64,000 bases of DNA from contig JAUQYZ020000035.1 of the NCBI GenBank assembly GCA_030587475.2, positions 1-64,000 on the forward strand, given 5' to 3'. Source of the DNA: Candidatus Sigynarchaeum calidifontis (GTDB taxonomy: Archaea > Asgardarchaeota > Lokiarchaeia > Sigyniarchaeales > Sigyniarchaeaceae). Positions 31,555-41,347 of the stretch are shown in pieces; within the stretch, counting starts at the first letter, position 1, and every line of letters starts with the position of its first letter. A program made the translations under genes and the position numbers. The notes below the pieces were generated by a model. It searched no databases. It worked only from the letters and a program-made list of their open reading frames with translations, and had not been told where the DNA came from.

Positions 31555-32307
31555 ATGCCATTGTTACCAGAAGGACATCCCGAGAAGATTTTCAGGGAAG
31601 ATGGATTACGTCTCGATGGACGGAAGCCGGACGAACTTCGGGAAATCCGCCTCGAGATCGGCGTGCTCAAGAATGCTGATGGCTCGGCAATGATATGTCA
31701 CGGGAAGAATCGCATAATCGCTGGCGCCTATGGGCCGCGTGAAGTGCATCCGCGCCATCTGGCACAGTCTGATACAGGTATATTGCAAGTGCAATATCGA
31801 ATGGCAACATTTTCGGTGGGTGAGAGAAAAACCCCCGTGCCTGGTCGCCGGGAGAAGGAGATCAGCATGGTGGTACAGCATGCACTGGAACCCGTGCTTT
31901 TTCTCGAGCAATATCCGAACTCGACGATCGATGTCTTCATCCAGGTAATGACCGCGGACGGCGGTACCCGGTGCGCGAGCATCACTGCTGCGGCGCTGGC
32001 CTTGGCGGATATGGGTATTCCCATGCGGGACCTGGTTACCGGAGTTGCCGTGGGGAAGATCAACAACAAGCCCATCCTTGACCTTGCCGATTACGAGGAC
32101 AAGTGGGAAGAAGGTGCTGCGGATATGCCCGTGGCAGTTATGATGAACGAGAAAAAGATCACCCTCTTGCAGCTGGACGGCCAGGTTGGTATCGACGAGT
32201 ACGAGCAGATGCTCAACCTTGCGCTCAAGGGCGCGGAGAAAATTTATGAGCTCCAGAAGGAGGCACTTAGAAAGAAATACACTTCGGAACTGGTCGGAGG
32301 ACGGTGA
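31555..32307 (+). CDS. rrp41: Exosome subunit Rrp41
   Basis: RLDGRKPDELR, ADGSA, GPREVHPRH, DGGTRCA. Confidence 0.96.
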   Translation: MPLLPEGHPEKIFREDGLRLDGRKPDELREIRLEIGVLKNADGSAMICHGKNRIIAGAYGPREVHPRHLAQSDTGILQVQYRMATFSVGERKTPVPGRREKEISMVVQHALEPVLFLEQYPNSTIDVFIQVMTADGGTRCASITAAALALADMGIPMRDLVTGVAVGKINNKPILDLADYEDKWEEGAADMPVAVMMNEKKITLLQLDGQVGIDEYEQMLNLALKGAEKIYELQKEALRKKYTSELVGGR

Positions 32308-33152
32308 TCGCGATGGACTTGTCGATTTCGAAGAAAATTTCTACTATCGAGAAGGATTATATTCTCGATTTACTCTCGCGCGGAACGCGCCTAGATGGCC
32401 GAGGTTTTCTCGAATACCGGGAGATCAAGATCGACGCTGGCCCCATGTTGAAAGCGGAAGGTTCCGCGCGCGTTTGTATTGGTGACACGCAAGTCTGCTG
32501 CGGTATCAAGTACGAGACAGGAGCCCCTTTTCCCGACACTCCGAATGAGGGCGTGATCACGGCTATGGCGGAGTTCGTTCCCTTCGCGTCTCCCATGTTC
32601 GAGAGCGGGCCACCAGACGAGAACGCGATCGAGCTGGCGCGCGTGGTAGACCGGGGCATACGGCACTCGGATCTGGTTGATAGATCGCGGTTGGTTATCA
32701 AGCCAGGCGAGGAGGTGTTCTTGTTATTCGTCGATCTCTATTACATGATGCACAACGGGAATCCTTGGGATACAGCCAGCCTTGCCGCACTCTGTGCGCT
32801 CAAGTCAACGATGATCCCCACCCTTAGGGAGAAAGACGTCAACGGCAAGAAATTTCTCGTTCCGGAAGGCGAGCCACAACTCTTGGGCATCCAGGATTAT
32901 CCGGTCACCATCACCTTTGCAAAGATCGGTGATTACATGATCGTTGATCCTGGTTTAATGGAAGAACTCATTTCCGATGCACGCATCAGCTATTGCATCA
33001 ATAAAAACGGATTGATAACCTCGATCCAGAAAAACGGGGCGGGAGCATTCACGACCGAGGAACTCGTCAAGGCCGCGAGGAATGCCAGGGACTTGGCTCC
33101 CGCCTTGCAGCAGAGGGTCAAAGACTACACGCGGGATCTCACCAACATGTAG
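32304..33152 (+). CDS. rrp42: Exosome subunit Rrp42
   Basis: RLDGR, AEGSA, PFPDTPNEG, FESGPPDENAIELARVVDRGIR. Confidence 0.96.
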   Translation: MIAMDLSISKKISTIEKDYILDLLSRGTRLDGRGFLEYREIKIDAGPMLKAEGSARVCIGDTQVCCGIKYETGAPFPDTPNEGVITAMAEFVPFASPMFESGPPDENAIELARVVDRGIRHSDLVDRSRLVIKPGEEVFLLFVDLYYMMHNGNPWDTASLAALCALKSTMIPTLREKDVNGKKFLVPEGEPQLLGIQDYPVTITFAKIGDYMIVDPGLMEELISDARISYCINKNGLITSIQKNGAGAFTTEELVKAARNARDLAPALQQRVKDYTRDLTNM

Positions 33153-33254
33153 TTCCCATGATTTTTTTTTTCGTGTAACAAAATCTTCCTCGCCAAGGGG
33201 ACACCATTTAATATGGCGTTGCATTGATTTGTTATAGCGCAAAGGTGTTCAAGC

Positions 33255-33536
33255 ATGGCACGTAGAACCAAAAAGGTGGGAATCACTGGACGTTTCGGAG
33301 CACGGTATGGAACGCTCGTCCGGTACCGAACCAAGAAGATCTTGTCGTACAAGACCGACATCCAGAAGTGCCCGAAATGCCAGAACCGCACGATCTCGCG
33401 GAAGTCGGTCGGTCTCTGGACTTGCAGGAAATGCGGTGCAACGTTCACGGGTGGCGCTTACACGCTTACGACTACCCAGGGTTTGCTCAGCGCGCGAGTA
33501 ACGAAACGCAAGGAACGGGAAACGTCGGCGGCTTGA
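33255..33536 (+). CDS. rpl37ae: 50S ribosomal protein L37Ae (eL43)
   Basis: RTKKVGITGRFGARYG, CPKC/CRKC, FTGGAY. Confidence 0.96.
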   Translation: MARRTKKVGITGRFGARYGTLVRYRTKKILSYKTDIQKCPKCQNRTISRKSVGLWTCRKCGATFTGGAYTLTTTQGLLSARVTKRKERETSAA

Positions 33537-33582
33537 TTTCCGGCCCCGTGGATCTCCATTTTCCCACCACGATGGGTGCGTT

Positions 33583-33894
33583 GTGTTGGAAAACTTGTGC
33601 GATTTTGTTTTCAGCATTCGTTTTTCCATCAAGGACGATCGGTTTGTAAAATCGATACCTGAGCTGCTCGGCTTGGAGTTTAAGGATCTCGGTACTTCAT
33701 CCGGGCGAATCCATGACGTGCAGGTCCTGGATGACGGGAAAGGTAACGTTATCATACAAGCACGGGCCAATGATATGGTGGGTTTTAAAATCGTGGCGAA
33801 TTCTATCAACCGATACATCGAGATTATCGGAAAAGTCGTTGAAATGGTTCAAAAGGGGTCGAGTTTACCGAAGTCTTTAAGCAACAGATCATGA
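33583..33894 (+). CDS. KEOPS subunit Pcc1 (probable)
   Basis: Size, IIQARANDMVGFKIVANSINRYI pattern, conserved position between eL43 and PfdB. Confidence 0.6.
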   Translation: MLENLCDFVFSIRFSIKDDRFVKSIPELLGLEFKDLGTSSGRIHDVQVLDDGKGNVIIQARANDMVGFKIVANSINRYIEIIGKVVEMVQKGSSLPKSLSNRS

Positions 33895-33910
33895 AAACAC
33901 GGGATGCAAG

Positions 33911-34264
33911 ATGTCGCAAGAGTTACCTCCAGATCTCCAACAAAAGATCCGGAATTTCCAGGTTCTCCAGCAAAATTTACAAAGCTTGAACGAGCAAAAA
34001 TATTCGCTTGAAGCCCAATTGAAGGAGATAATGTCCGCGAAGGAATACCTCGATAAGGCTCCCGCCGATGCGAAGATATTCAAATCAATTGGGGGCCTCA
34101 TGGTGGAAGCAACGAAGGAAAAGGCGGCGGCCGATCTCAAGGAGAATGACGAGATCCTTTCAACCCGGGTTAAGAAGCTGGATATGACAATAGAGAAGAC
34201 CAAGGCAAAATATGAAGAGATGAAGAACGACATCAACACATCTTTGAAAAACAGGATGGGATGA
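33911..34264 (+). CDS. pfdB: Prefoldin beta subunit
   Basis: ELPPDLQ, coiled coils around IFKSIGGLMVE. Confidence 0.93.
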   Translation: MSQELPPDLQQKIRNFQVLQQNLQSLNEQKYSLEAQLKEIMSAKEYLDKAPADAKIFKSIGGLMVEATKEKAAADLKENDEILSTRVKKLDMTIEKTKAKYEEMKNDINTSLKNRMG

Positions 34265-34300
34265 GCTGGAGCCAGCCCGTCCGTATAGCATGGTGCTGGT

Positions 34301-35326
34301 ATGATCGTTCCTTCTATACTTCCATCCATCGATTCATTCTTGAAAGATTTTTTTCACTTGATTGCAGAGAGCCCGGAAATCGTTCTCATTTCCCACGAGA
34401 ACATGGATCCAGATGCCGTCGGATCAGTGGTCGGAATCATTGGATTGATCGAAGGGATAGCTCCTGAAAGGAGTTTAATAAAAATATTCCCCCCGTCTGT
34501 CTCGAAACTTTCCCGGAAATTGCTCGACACGTGGCAAATCGCTTTACCCTTCATTCAAGCATTGCCCGATTCAAATTTCCTCCCTATAATGCTCGATACC
34601 CAGAATGTTACCACGGTAATCAAGGATACCAATTCCGGTGTCGATGCGATTCAAATGCGAAGTATTATCATCGATCACCACCAGAACCAAGGTTTGCCTT
34701 CACGGCTTTGCTTTATCGATAGTAGTGTTCAAGCAAACTGCGAAATCGTGGTCAACATGTACAAGGCACTTGGAAAACCGCTTGGTTTTCCCATCAATCG
34801 AGCCTTGTTGGCGGGTATCCTTTTTGATTCAAGCAATTTACGATATGCAAAAAATATCACCATACAAGCGGTCGCGTCATTACTTGATTCCGGCTTGGAT
34901 ATCGAGGATTTCAGGGGTTTGATGGTTGAAAACATGGATATCTCCGAGCGCATCGCCCGGTTAAAAGCTGGAATGCGTTGCAACTTGCTCCGCGTTGGTG
35001 ACGTGATCATTGCCTCTAGTGCGGTCTCCACATTTGAGGCCAGCGCGTGCCGGGGACTGATCGGTCTCGGTGCCGATATTTCTATTGTTCTCGCGGAGAA
35101 TAAGGGGGACGTGCGCATATCTGCTCGCCAGACGGGTGAATGCCATAAAGCTTACCGTATTAATCTTGCACATGTCATGCATTCAATATCGGGAACGATC
35201 GGTGGCACGGGGGGTGGCCACGAGCTCGCAGCCGCAGCAAGTGGTTCGAAAAATGGCGAGACTGGCTTGAAAGAAGCCATAAAAGCAATTGAGGACATTA
35301 TTAACGCGGGCACGCGCTCGCAATGA
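34301..35326 (+). CDS. DHH-family phosphoesterase
   Basis: HENMDPDA, IIDHH, GGGHELAA. Confidence 0.9.
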   Translation: MIVPSILPSIDSFLKDFFHLIAESPEIVLISHENMDPDAVGSVVGIIGLIEGIAPERSLIKIFPPSVSKLSRKLLDTWQIALPFIQALPDSNFLPIMLDTQNVTTVIKDTNSGVDAIQMRSIIIDHHQNQGLPSRLCFIDSSVQANCEIVVNMYKALGKPLGFPINRALLAGILFDSSNLRYAKNITIQAVASLLDSGLDIEDFRGLMVENMDISERIARLKAGMRCNLLRVGDVIIASSAVSTFEASACRGLIGLGADISIVLAENKGDVRISARQTGECHKAYRINLAHVMHSISGTIGGTGGGHELAAAASGSKNGETGLKEAIKAIEDIINAGTRSQ

Positions 35327-35339
35327 GGCCTGGATCCCC

Positions 35340-36191
35340 TTGGTAGAACACCCCATTATCGAAATCAACGATGTCACATTCACGTACCAGAACATGAATG
35401 ATCAACCCATCCTGAACAAGGTTAACTTGCATTTTTTTCCAGGAACAGTTACTATCATCTGCGGGCCAACGGGAAGCGGCAAGACCACGCTCGTGCGACT
35501 GCTCAACGGACTCATTCCCCATTTCTACGAAGGCATCATGAAAGGAAATGTCCTCGTCGACGGGATCAACACCAAGGACACATCAACGGCCAAGCTTGCT
35601 CAAATCGTGGGCATGGTGTTTCAAAATCCGGAAAACCAGCTCGTTTCATCATCATGTGAGCGAGAGATTGCTTTTGGGCCTGAAAACCTTGGGATCCCGC
35701 GGTCTGAAATCAGCGAGCGCGTCGAGTACGTAATCCAACTGCTTGGTTTGCAAGAAATCCGCGATAATTCCCCGAACGAGTTATCTGGCGGTCAAAAGCA
35801 GAAGGTTGCAATAGCTGCAGCGCTAGCATTGAAGCCGAAGGTGCTGGTGTTCGATGAGCCAACATCAAACCTCGATCCCGAGTCAATCTCAAAGCTCGGC
35901 GGGATTATCGAAATGATCAAGACGCAGCTCAACTCGACGATCATCATCGTGGAGCACCGGTTAGAACCGTTCTTGAACATTGCCACGCACATTGCTTGCA
36001 TGAAAGATGGAACTGTAATTCTATATGATACGACGGATAATGTCGTCCATAATAATGCTTTTTACCAGTTAGGCGTGCAAGTACCGGTCTTGTTGAAAAT
36101 ATTTCACCAATTATATAATGATGGCATTTATTCAGGCTCATTTCCACTTTGCACAGAAAAAAGCTTATCCGTTTTGAGAGAGCTCTTGTGA
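35340..36191 (+). CDS. ECF transporter ATPase A
   Basis: GPTGSGKT, FQNPENQ, LSGGQKQ, DEPT, EH; start approximate. Confidence 0.9.
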   Translation: MVEHPIIEINDVTFTYQNMNDQPILNKVNLHFFPGTVTIICGPTGSGKTTLVRLLNGLIPHFYEGIMKGNVLVDGINTKDTSTAKLAQIVGMVFQNPENQLVSSSCEREIAFGPENLGIPRSEISERVEYVIQLLGLQEIRDNSPNELSGGQKQKVAIAAALALKPKVLVFDEPTSNLDPESISKLGGIIEMIKTQLNSTIIIVEHRLEPFLNIATHIACMKDGTVILYDTTDNVVHNNAFYQLGVQVPVLLKIFHQLYNDGIYSGSFPLCTEKSLSVLRELL

Positions 36192-36207
36192 TGGAAGTGA
36201 TAAACAC

Positions 36208-37050
36208 GTGATCGAGTTCCAATCGGTTTCCTATCAGTACCCGGATGGGCCGGTGGCGCTGCACGACGTGAACATCCGTATCGATGATGGATCTTTTGTT
36301 GCCGTGCTCGGTGAGAACGGGGCAGGAAAGACCACGTTCGTAAAATGCATCAACGGGCTACTCAAACCAACTACGGGCGAAGTCTTGGTTGATGGAATGT
36401 CGACTAAAAACGCAAGTGTGGCTCAAATGGCAAAGAAAGTTGGTCTCGTGTTTCAGAACTCGGACAACCAGCTTTTTGCAACTTCCGTGAAGGAGGAACT
36501 GGATTTTTCCCTTCGGAATGTTGGTATCATGGAAAAAGATCGGTCTTCCATCATCGAAAAAACCCTAGCGACCATGAACCTCTTGCACTTAAAGGAAAAG
36601 TCCCCGTTCTTGCTCAGTGGTGGAGAGCGGAAGCGAGTCGCGTTTGCATCGCTTATATGCATGGATCAGCAAGTTTTCATTGCAGATGAACCGACGCAAG
36701 GGCAAGATGAAATCCAGCGAGAGAACATCGAACAAATCTTGCGCCGTATGCAAGAGCAGAAAAAAACCGTCATTATAATTACACACGATCTGGATTTCAT
36801 CACCCGTCTTGCCGATCGCGTGGTAATATTCGAAAAAGGCCGGATCAGTCTTGATGGTCCGGTCGAGGACGTTTTCAAATTTCCTGCAATTTTAAAGCTC
36901 GTTCACTTGCAACCGACGCAAGAACTCGCGTTAAAATGGATGTTAAAGGAAAAGGATCCAGAAATCCAGATGCTATGCAAGATGGATCAAAAGACATTAA
37001 TTTCGACAATCGTTGAAAAAATAAAAGCGAGACGAGAGCATGTCCATTAA
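36208..37050 (+). CDS. ECF transporter ATPase A'
   Basis: GENGAGKT, SPFLLSGGE, DEPT, THD. Confidence 0.9.
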   Translation: MIEFQSVSYQYPDGPVALHDVNIRIDDGSFVAVLGENGAGKTTFVKCINGLLKPTTGEVLVDGMSTKNASVAQMAKKVGLVFQNSDNQLFATSVKEELDFSLRNVGIMEKDRSSIIEKTLATMNLLHLKEKSPFLLSGGERKRVAFASLICMDQQVFIADEPTQGQDEIQRENIEQILRRMQEQKKTVIIITHDLDFITRLADRVVIFEKGRISLDGPVEDVFKFPAILKLVHLQPTQELALKWMLKEKDPEIQMLCKMDQKTLISTIVEKIKARREHVH

Positions 37051-37819
37051 TTTATTGAAAGGTTTCGAGTTCAAGAAAAAAGATACCTTCGTGCATCGTC
37101 TTGACCCGCGGTCGAAGCTGGTCATCACGATAACCTACTCGATTCTGGCCCTGAGCTTTTCTACCATTCTCCCCCTCGCGTTTTTCATTGCAACCCTCCT
37201 TCCCATCCTCGCGGGAGGGAAAATTGTTCGGAGATGGCTCGTCTCCTTGAAAGGACTCTCTTTCATCATAATCTTCATTATCGTGCTCAATACATTACTC
37301 ACCACGCTTGATTTTGCCATATCCATGTGCCTTCGCATCATCCTCCTCGTCTCCTCCTTTTCTGTCTTTTTCATGACCGTCCATCCTGACGAGCTCGCGT
37401 TGAGTTTGCTTGCCATGAAAGTGCCCTTCTCGTTCACATTCACGCTATCGCTCGCCACCAGGTTTGTTCCAACGCTCGCGGCAGAGGCCCAAAACATCAT
37501 CGACGCGCAGCGAAGCCGTGGCTTGGAGCTTGAAAAGGGCAATTTACTTGTCCGGGTGAAAAACATGGTGCCGATTCTCATCCCCTTGATCATCAACTCT
37601 ATAAAGCGAGCGTTTTCGATCGCCGAGGCACTGGAGAGCAAGGCATTCGGAGCCATGAAAACACGCACCAATTATTATGAACTCAAGATGCGGAAATGGG
37701 ACTACGCGGTCATAGTTATCATGATACTGTTTATCGTGGGGTTTTTCGTGCTTTATTTCGGGAATTACTTGCCTGGCGTGTTCTACTTCACGCTGCGCGT
37801 GATATTGCCGAACTTGTGA
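37040..37819 (+). CDS. ECF transmembrane component T
   Basis: HRLDPRSK, RFVP, AQRSRG, ALESKAF. Confidence 0.9.
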   Translation: MSINLLKGFEFKKKDTFVHRLDPRSKLVITITYSILALSFSTILPLAFFIATLLPILAGGKIVRRWLVSLKGLSFIIIFIIVLNTLLTTLDFAISMCLRIILLVSSFSVFFMTVHPDELALSLLAMKVPFSFTFTLSLATRFVPTLAAEAQNIIDAQRSRGLELEKGNLLVRVKNMVPILIPLIINSIKRAFSIAEALESKAFGAMKTRTNYYELKMRKWDYAVIVIMILFIVGFFVLYFGNYLPGVFYFTLRVILPNL

Positions 37820-37977
37820 GGAAACGAAGGCACGAAACGATTGCCAAGGTGGAAAGCTCCGGTCCTTGTCCAATTGATTGCTTGTCATCGACAAGCCTCA
37901 GCTCGGCATTATCTTGCCTTGACGTCTTAACACATCCGACTAGAAATAACGATGAACGATAAAAAAGTAAGAAGATT

Positions 37978-38787
37978 TTAGATATACAAGACCTTTTCCT
38001 TTTCTTCCTTGGTATTAAAGGTCTGTATGGCGTCGAGTTCAGTTTCGAGTTCCTTGCGCTTCTTTTCGAGGCTCTTGCTCATGTTTTCGACGTTTCTCCT
38101 CGAGAAATCGATGTTCAAGGAAAAATTGAACAATGAGTCGAGCACCTTGATTAATTTCATCGACGCGTTTAGATCGGTCATGTTTTCATTGACCAAGGCC
38201 ATGTTGCTCGTTTCCGAGAGCAAAACGATGCCATCGACACCATATTTAATCGAAGCTATGGATGGTATCAATCCATTTGCACCAATAATGACTCCTTTTG
38301 AAATTTCATGACAAATTCTTTTTTCGACCAATTTTTTAACATATTTTGCGGTCGTGGCCGTCACGAAAATTTTAGGATCGCTAATGTGATTGGATTGAAC
38401 CGGATACCCTCCAAGCGAAACAATAAACTTGATATTAAACCGCATGAGCAGCTGGACCACGTGATCCGAGAGCTCGTAAATTTCTCTTGGATTCATCGGT
38501 TGCGCGTCGGCCGTGATGAAAAAAAGATCGTGCTGCTTGTTTTCATCCTTCCAGAAGAACACTTCCGTCTTTGGCGTCGAAATGAGGCTCTGATCGATAA
38601 TTACACCTGCTGGATAACCGTAGAACAATATATCGTACACTTTCGTAGCTCCAAAAAGGCCAATTAGCTGATCTATTGCGAACTTGCCGATATCGGCCAC
38701 TCCAGGCATGCCAATGATGGCAACGGGATCGTGCAAGTCGGAACGCGATTCGATCTTTGAAACGACAATGTCTTGGATTGGTTTCAT
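37978..38787 (-). CDS. PAC2-family proteasome assembly chaperone
   Basis: GMPGVADIG, DAQP, LGGY, IIGANGL, ET. Confidence 0.85.
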   Translation of the reverse strand: MKPIQDIVVSKIESRSDLHDPVAIIGMPGVADIGKFAIDQLIGLFGATKVYDILFYGYPAGVIIDQSLISTPKTEVFFWKDENKQHDLFFITADAQPMNPREIYELSDHVVQLLMRFNIKFIVSLGGYPVQSNHISDPKIFVTATTAKYVKKLVEKRICHEISKGVIIGANGLIPSIASIKYGVDGIVLLSETSNMALVNENMTDLNASMKLIKVLDSLFNFSLNIDFSRRNVENMSKSLEKKRKELETELDAIQTFNTKEEKEKVLYI

Positions 38788-39035
38788 GTGGCTGTCTCCG
38801 TGTTGGATTTCAGTATCCTTTTCCATAATCGAGATATTAAGCCAAGGTATGATGGAAGAAATGTTTGTACCGGCTTCCAAGGATTCCCTGGATATGCCCG
38901 TGGGAATATCACGACGAAAGACTGGCGGATATATTCTTTGCCGAGTTTATTGGAGAATGGCCATTATGGATTTGAGGTAAGAGAAGATTAATGCAATGAG
39001 CTCTTAAGGGACGTGTAAAAGGCGTGTTATTTTTC

Positions 39036-39656
39036 ATGAAAGGTGCCACTGAAACCGTGGAATTCAATTGCTTGCGATGTGGATCTTGCTGTCATGAATA
39101 TGAATTTGCCGACGGGATGAATTTCAAGAGGATTCCCGTGTTTCCAGAGGAATTGGATGAATTGGAGGTATTTGCCAAGGATAATGGAATATTGATCAAA
39201 TTTCTTGAAGATGTCGTCTTTCCTGACATTAAAAACAAAAGGATCATCGTGGTGACTTACAGGATCGTCCTCGAGGGCAGTGAAAAGTGTTGTCCTTTTT
39301 TTCAGGCATCTAGAGGCTGTTTGGTGAACGAGATAAAGCCACTTGCTTGTAAGGCATACCCCCTTGCCCAAAAGAAGATTGATGCCTATACGCAGGAGAT
39401 GTACATCGACCCCTATTGCCGGTTCATCGAGGGCAACGAGATACAAGTTAAAAATGCGGCGATTGAAAACATTAAAAGCTTATTTGCTTCGGAACTTGAT
39501 TTTTCGGCTCGGTTGATGAAGAAAAACCAAGAAATCATTTTAAAACTTAAGCAATTAACCGTTGAAGGCAAGATTCTCATCCCTGAAAAAGTCTCCACGA
39601 ATGATATGGATATTTGGCTCCGCACTTGGGATCGAGCATACATCAAAGATTATTAG
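39036..39656 (+). CDS. YkgJ-family Cys-cluster (CxxCxxCC) protein
   Basis: FNCLRCGSCC, CPF, C...KPLACKAYP. Confidence 0.85.
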   Translation: MKGATETVEFNCLRCGSCCHEYEFADGMNFKRIPVFPEELDELEVFAKDNGILIKFLEDVVFPDIKNKRIIVVTYRIVLEGSEKCCPFFQASRGCLVNEIKPLACKAYPLAQKKIDAYTQEMYIDPYCRFIEGNEIQVKNAAIENIKSLFASELDFSARLMKKNQEIILKLKQLTVEGKILIPEKVSTNDMDIWLRTWDRAYIKDY

Positions 39657-39677
39657 GTCAAACGAGCATTATTTTGT

Positions 39678-40925
39678 TCATATGCTTGCCAGCGCATCAC
39701 TTGGTTCGATGTTTTGGAGCATCACTGCTTCGCAAAAACTTTCAAGCGCCGGGGCAAGACGCAGCGAGAACTCGGACAGTTCTTCCCGATCAATAAAAAA
39801 AAACTTGAAAATCCTTTTAGTGATATATCGTTTCAAGAGCGAATAAAGTCCATCGACAGAAAGCTCGTGGATGATTGCGAAGATCCTGGTACCGTCATCG
39901 AAAATCGAGTTTCGTGAATCAAGGAATTTGCCGTCATTGCCTTCCCGATCAACCATGGCCTGGAAAGCGTAGATAGATGCATCATCTATAACCCCTTGGG
40001 AAAGGGGTATGATGGATCCATGATGGTCATCATTCAAGCTTTCCGAGACACTGACAATCCTTGCATCATTTTTTTTCGAAGAATTCTCCGCGACAATCTC
40101 ACCTTTGGATATAAACATGTTCGTGGCTTTTTTTTCTAAAACAAGATACTTCGAGAAGAAATCCAAAGCGTCCACCGCGACATAGCTTCCTTGACCTTTA
40201 ATCATCCGTTTGATGAACAGCTTTACGATATCCTTCTTCTGTACCTGGCTTTCTTTCAGTATCACGTTGAATTCATTTGTCTCTGTTAACCTATCATAAA
40301 TTTCATTAAAAAAGTAAATTTTCTTTTCAGCAAAAGTAAAAAAGGCATCGATATAAGCTTGTTTGTTTTCATATTTAAACAAAAGATTTATATCGGCATT
40401 TAACTTCATCTTTAAAGCGAGATCATCAATGAGCTTGAAAAAATTTGGAAATATTTGGAGATTATGTAAGTTGATTTCAAAAAAGGCGATATTTTGCAAA
40501 ATTTCCTTCGATGAAGGGTCATACAAACAAATCCGATTCTTGGTCATCTTGATTAAAAAATTGTTGATTCCATAGAAAGGCAAGAAATATAGATCTTTAT
40601 ATGGATTTAATATCCAATTGACCACGTCTCCTAGTTTTGAATCAATTTCGTGGAATGCAGATTCTACATTATCGATCTTATAAAAATTGCCATTCCACCT
40701 AGCATTAACCGAAAATAAATGGATTTTTTCTTTTCCATCATAATGAATATTCAAGCAAAAATACAAATCGTGTAAAAGAACTATCTTTTCATTTATTATT
40801 TGAATAATTTTATTTATACTTGACATGTCATTAATTTTATATATCTTGAGAAACATAAAATCGTCTTTTTCATGATACACGAAGACATCCTTGAGGAGAT
40901 CGACTTTGAATGGGTTTAATTTCAT
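39678..40925 (-). CDS. AT-rich hypothetical protein
   Basis: Long ORF of about 415 aa with I/F/K/N-biased composition; no motif recognised. Confidence 0.65.
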   Translation of the reverse strand: MKLNPFKVDLLKDVFVYHEKDDFMFLKIYKINDMSSINKIIQIINEKIVLLHDLYFCLNIHYDGKEKIHLFSVNARWNGNFYKIDNVESAFHEIDSKLGDVVNWILNPYKDLYFLPFYGINNFLIKMTKNRICLYDPSSKEILQNIAFFEINLHNLQIFPNFFKLIDDLALKMKLNADINLLFKYENKQAYIDAFFTFAEKKIYFFNEIYDRLTETNEFNVILKESQVQKKDIVKLFIKRMIKGQGSYVAVDALDFFSKYLVLEKKATNMFISKGEIVAENSSKKNDARIVSVSESLNDDHHGSIIPLSQGVIDDASIYAFQAMVDREGNDGKFLDSRNSIFDDGTRIFAIIHELSVDGLYSLLKRYITKRIFKFFFIDREELSEFSLRLAPALESFCEAVMLQNIEPSDALASI

Positions 40926-41067
40926 AATGCAAATCACGTTCGCGATTCAACTTTTCTGGTTTGCGAAGATTTTTATCATCCGATTTTTTTTGTAAGCCCC
41001 TTCTGAAGCCCCAAGTCTCGACTGAAAAGTTATTATGATGCCGCGCGATTATTTTGATTGTCTAAAT

Positions 41068-41144
41068 GGGGTTATGGTCTAGACTGGTATGATTCCTGGT
41101 TCGGGACCAGGCGATCCCGAGTTCAAATCTCGGTAACCCCACCA
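41068..41144 (+). tRNA. tRNA-Pro(CGG), CCA encoded
   Basis: Acceptor GGGGTTA/TAACCCC-ACCA; anticodon arm CCTGG-TTCGGGA-CCAGG; TTCAAAT. Confidence 0.95.
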
Positions 41145-41347
41145 TGTTTTTTTTTCTGGCAATGAGAGTGATATGAAGGGATCAAACGTCAAATATTTTC
41201 GGTTTTTACGAGCAAGACATTTGAATTTTTTATTGGCCGGTTCCCACCATTACCATGATCTTGATATCCGCTTGTGCCGGGTAATTCATATAATACATTG
41301 ATTTACTTGAGAACTAGAGAAGATCAGATCAACTAGGATGCATAAAT

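Noticed and set aside
41068-41144. tRNA-Pro as attachment site of an intact integrated element
   Set aside because: No integrase and no duplicated tRNA end found by eye within the window.
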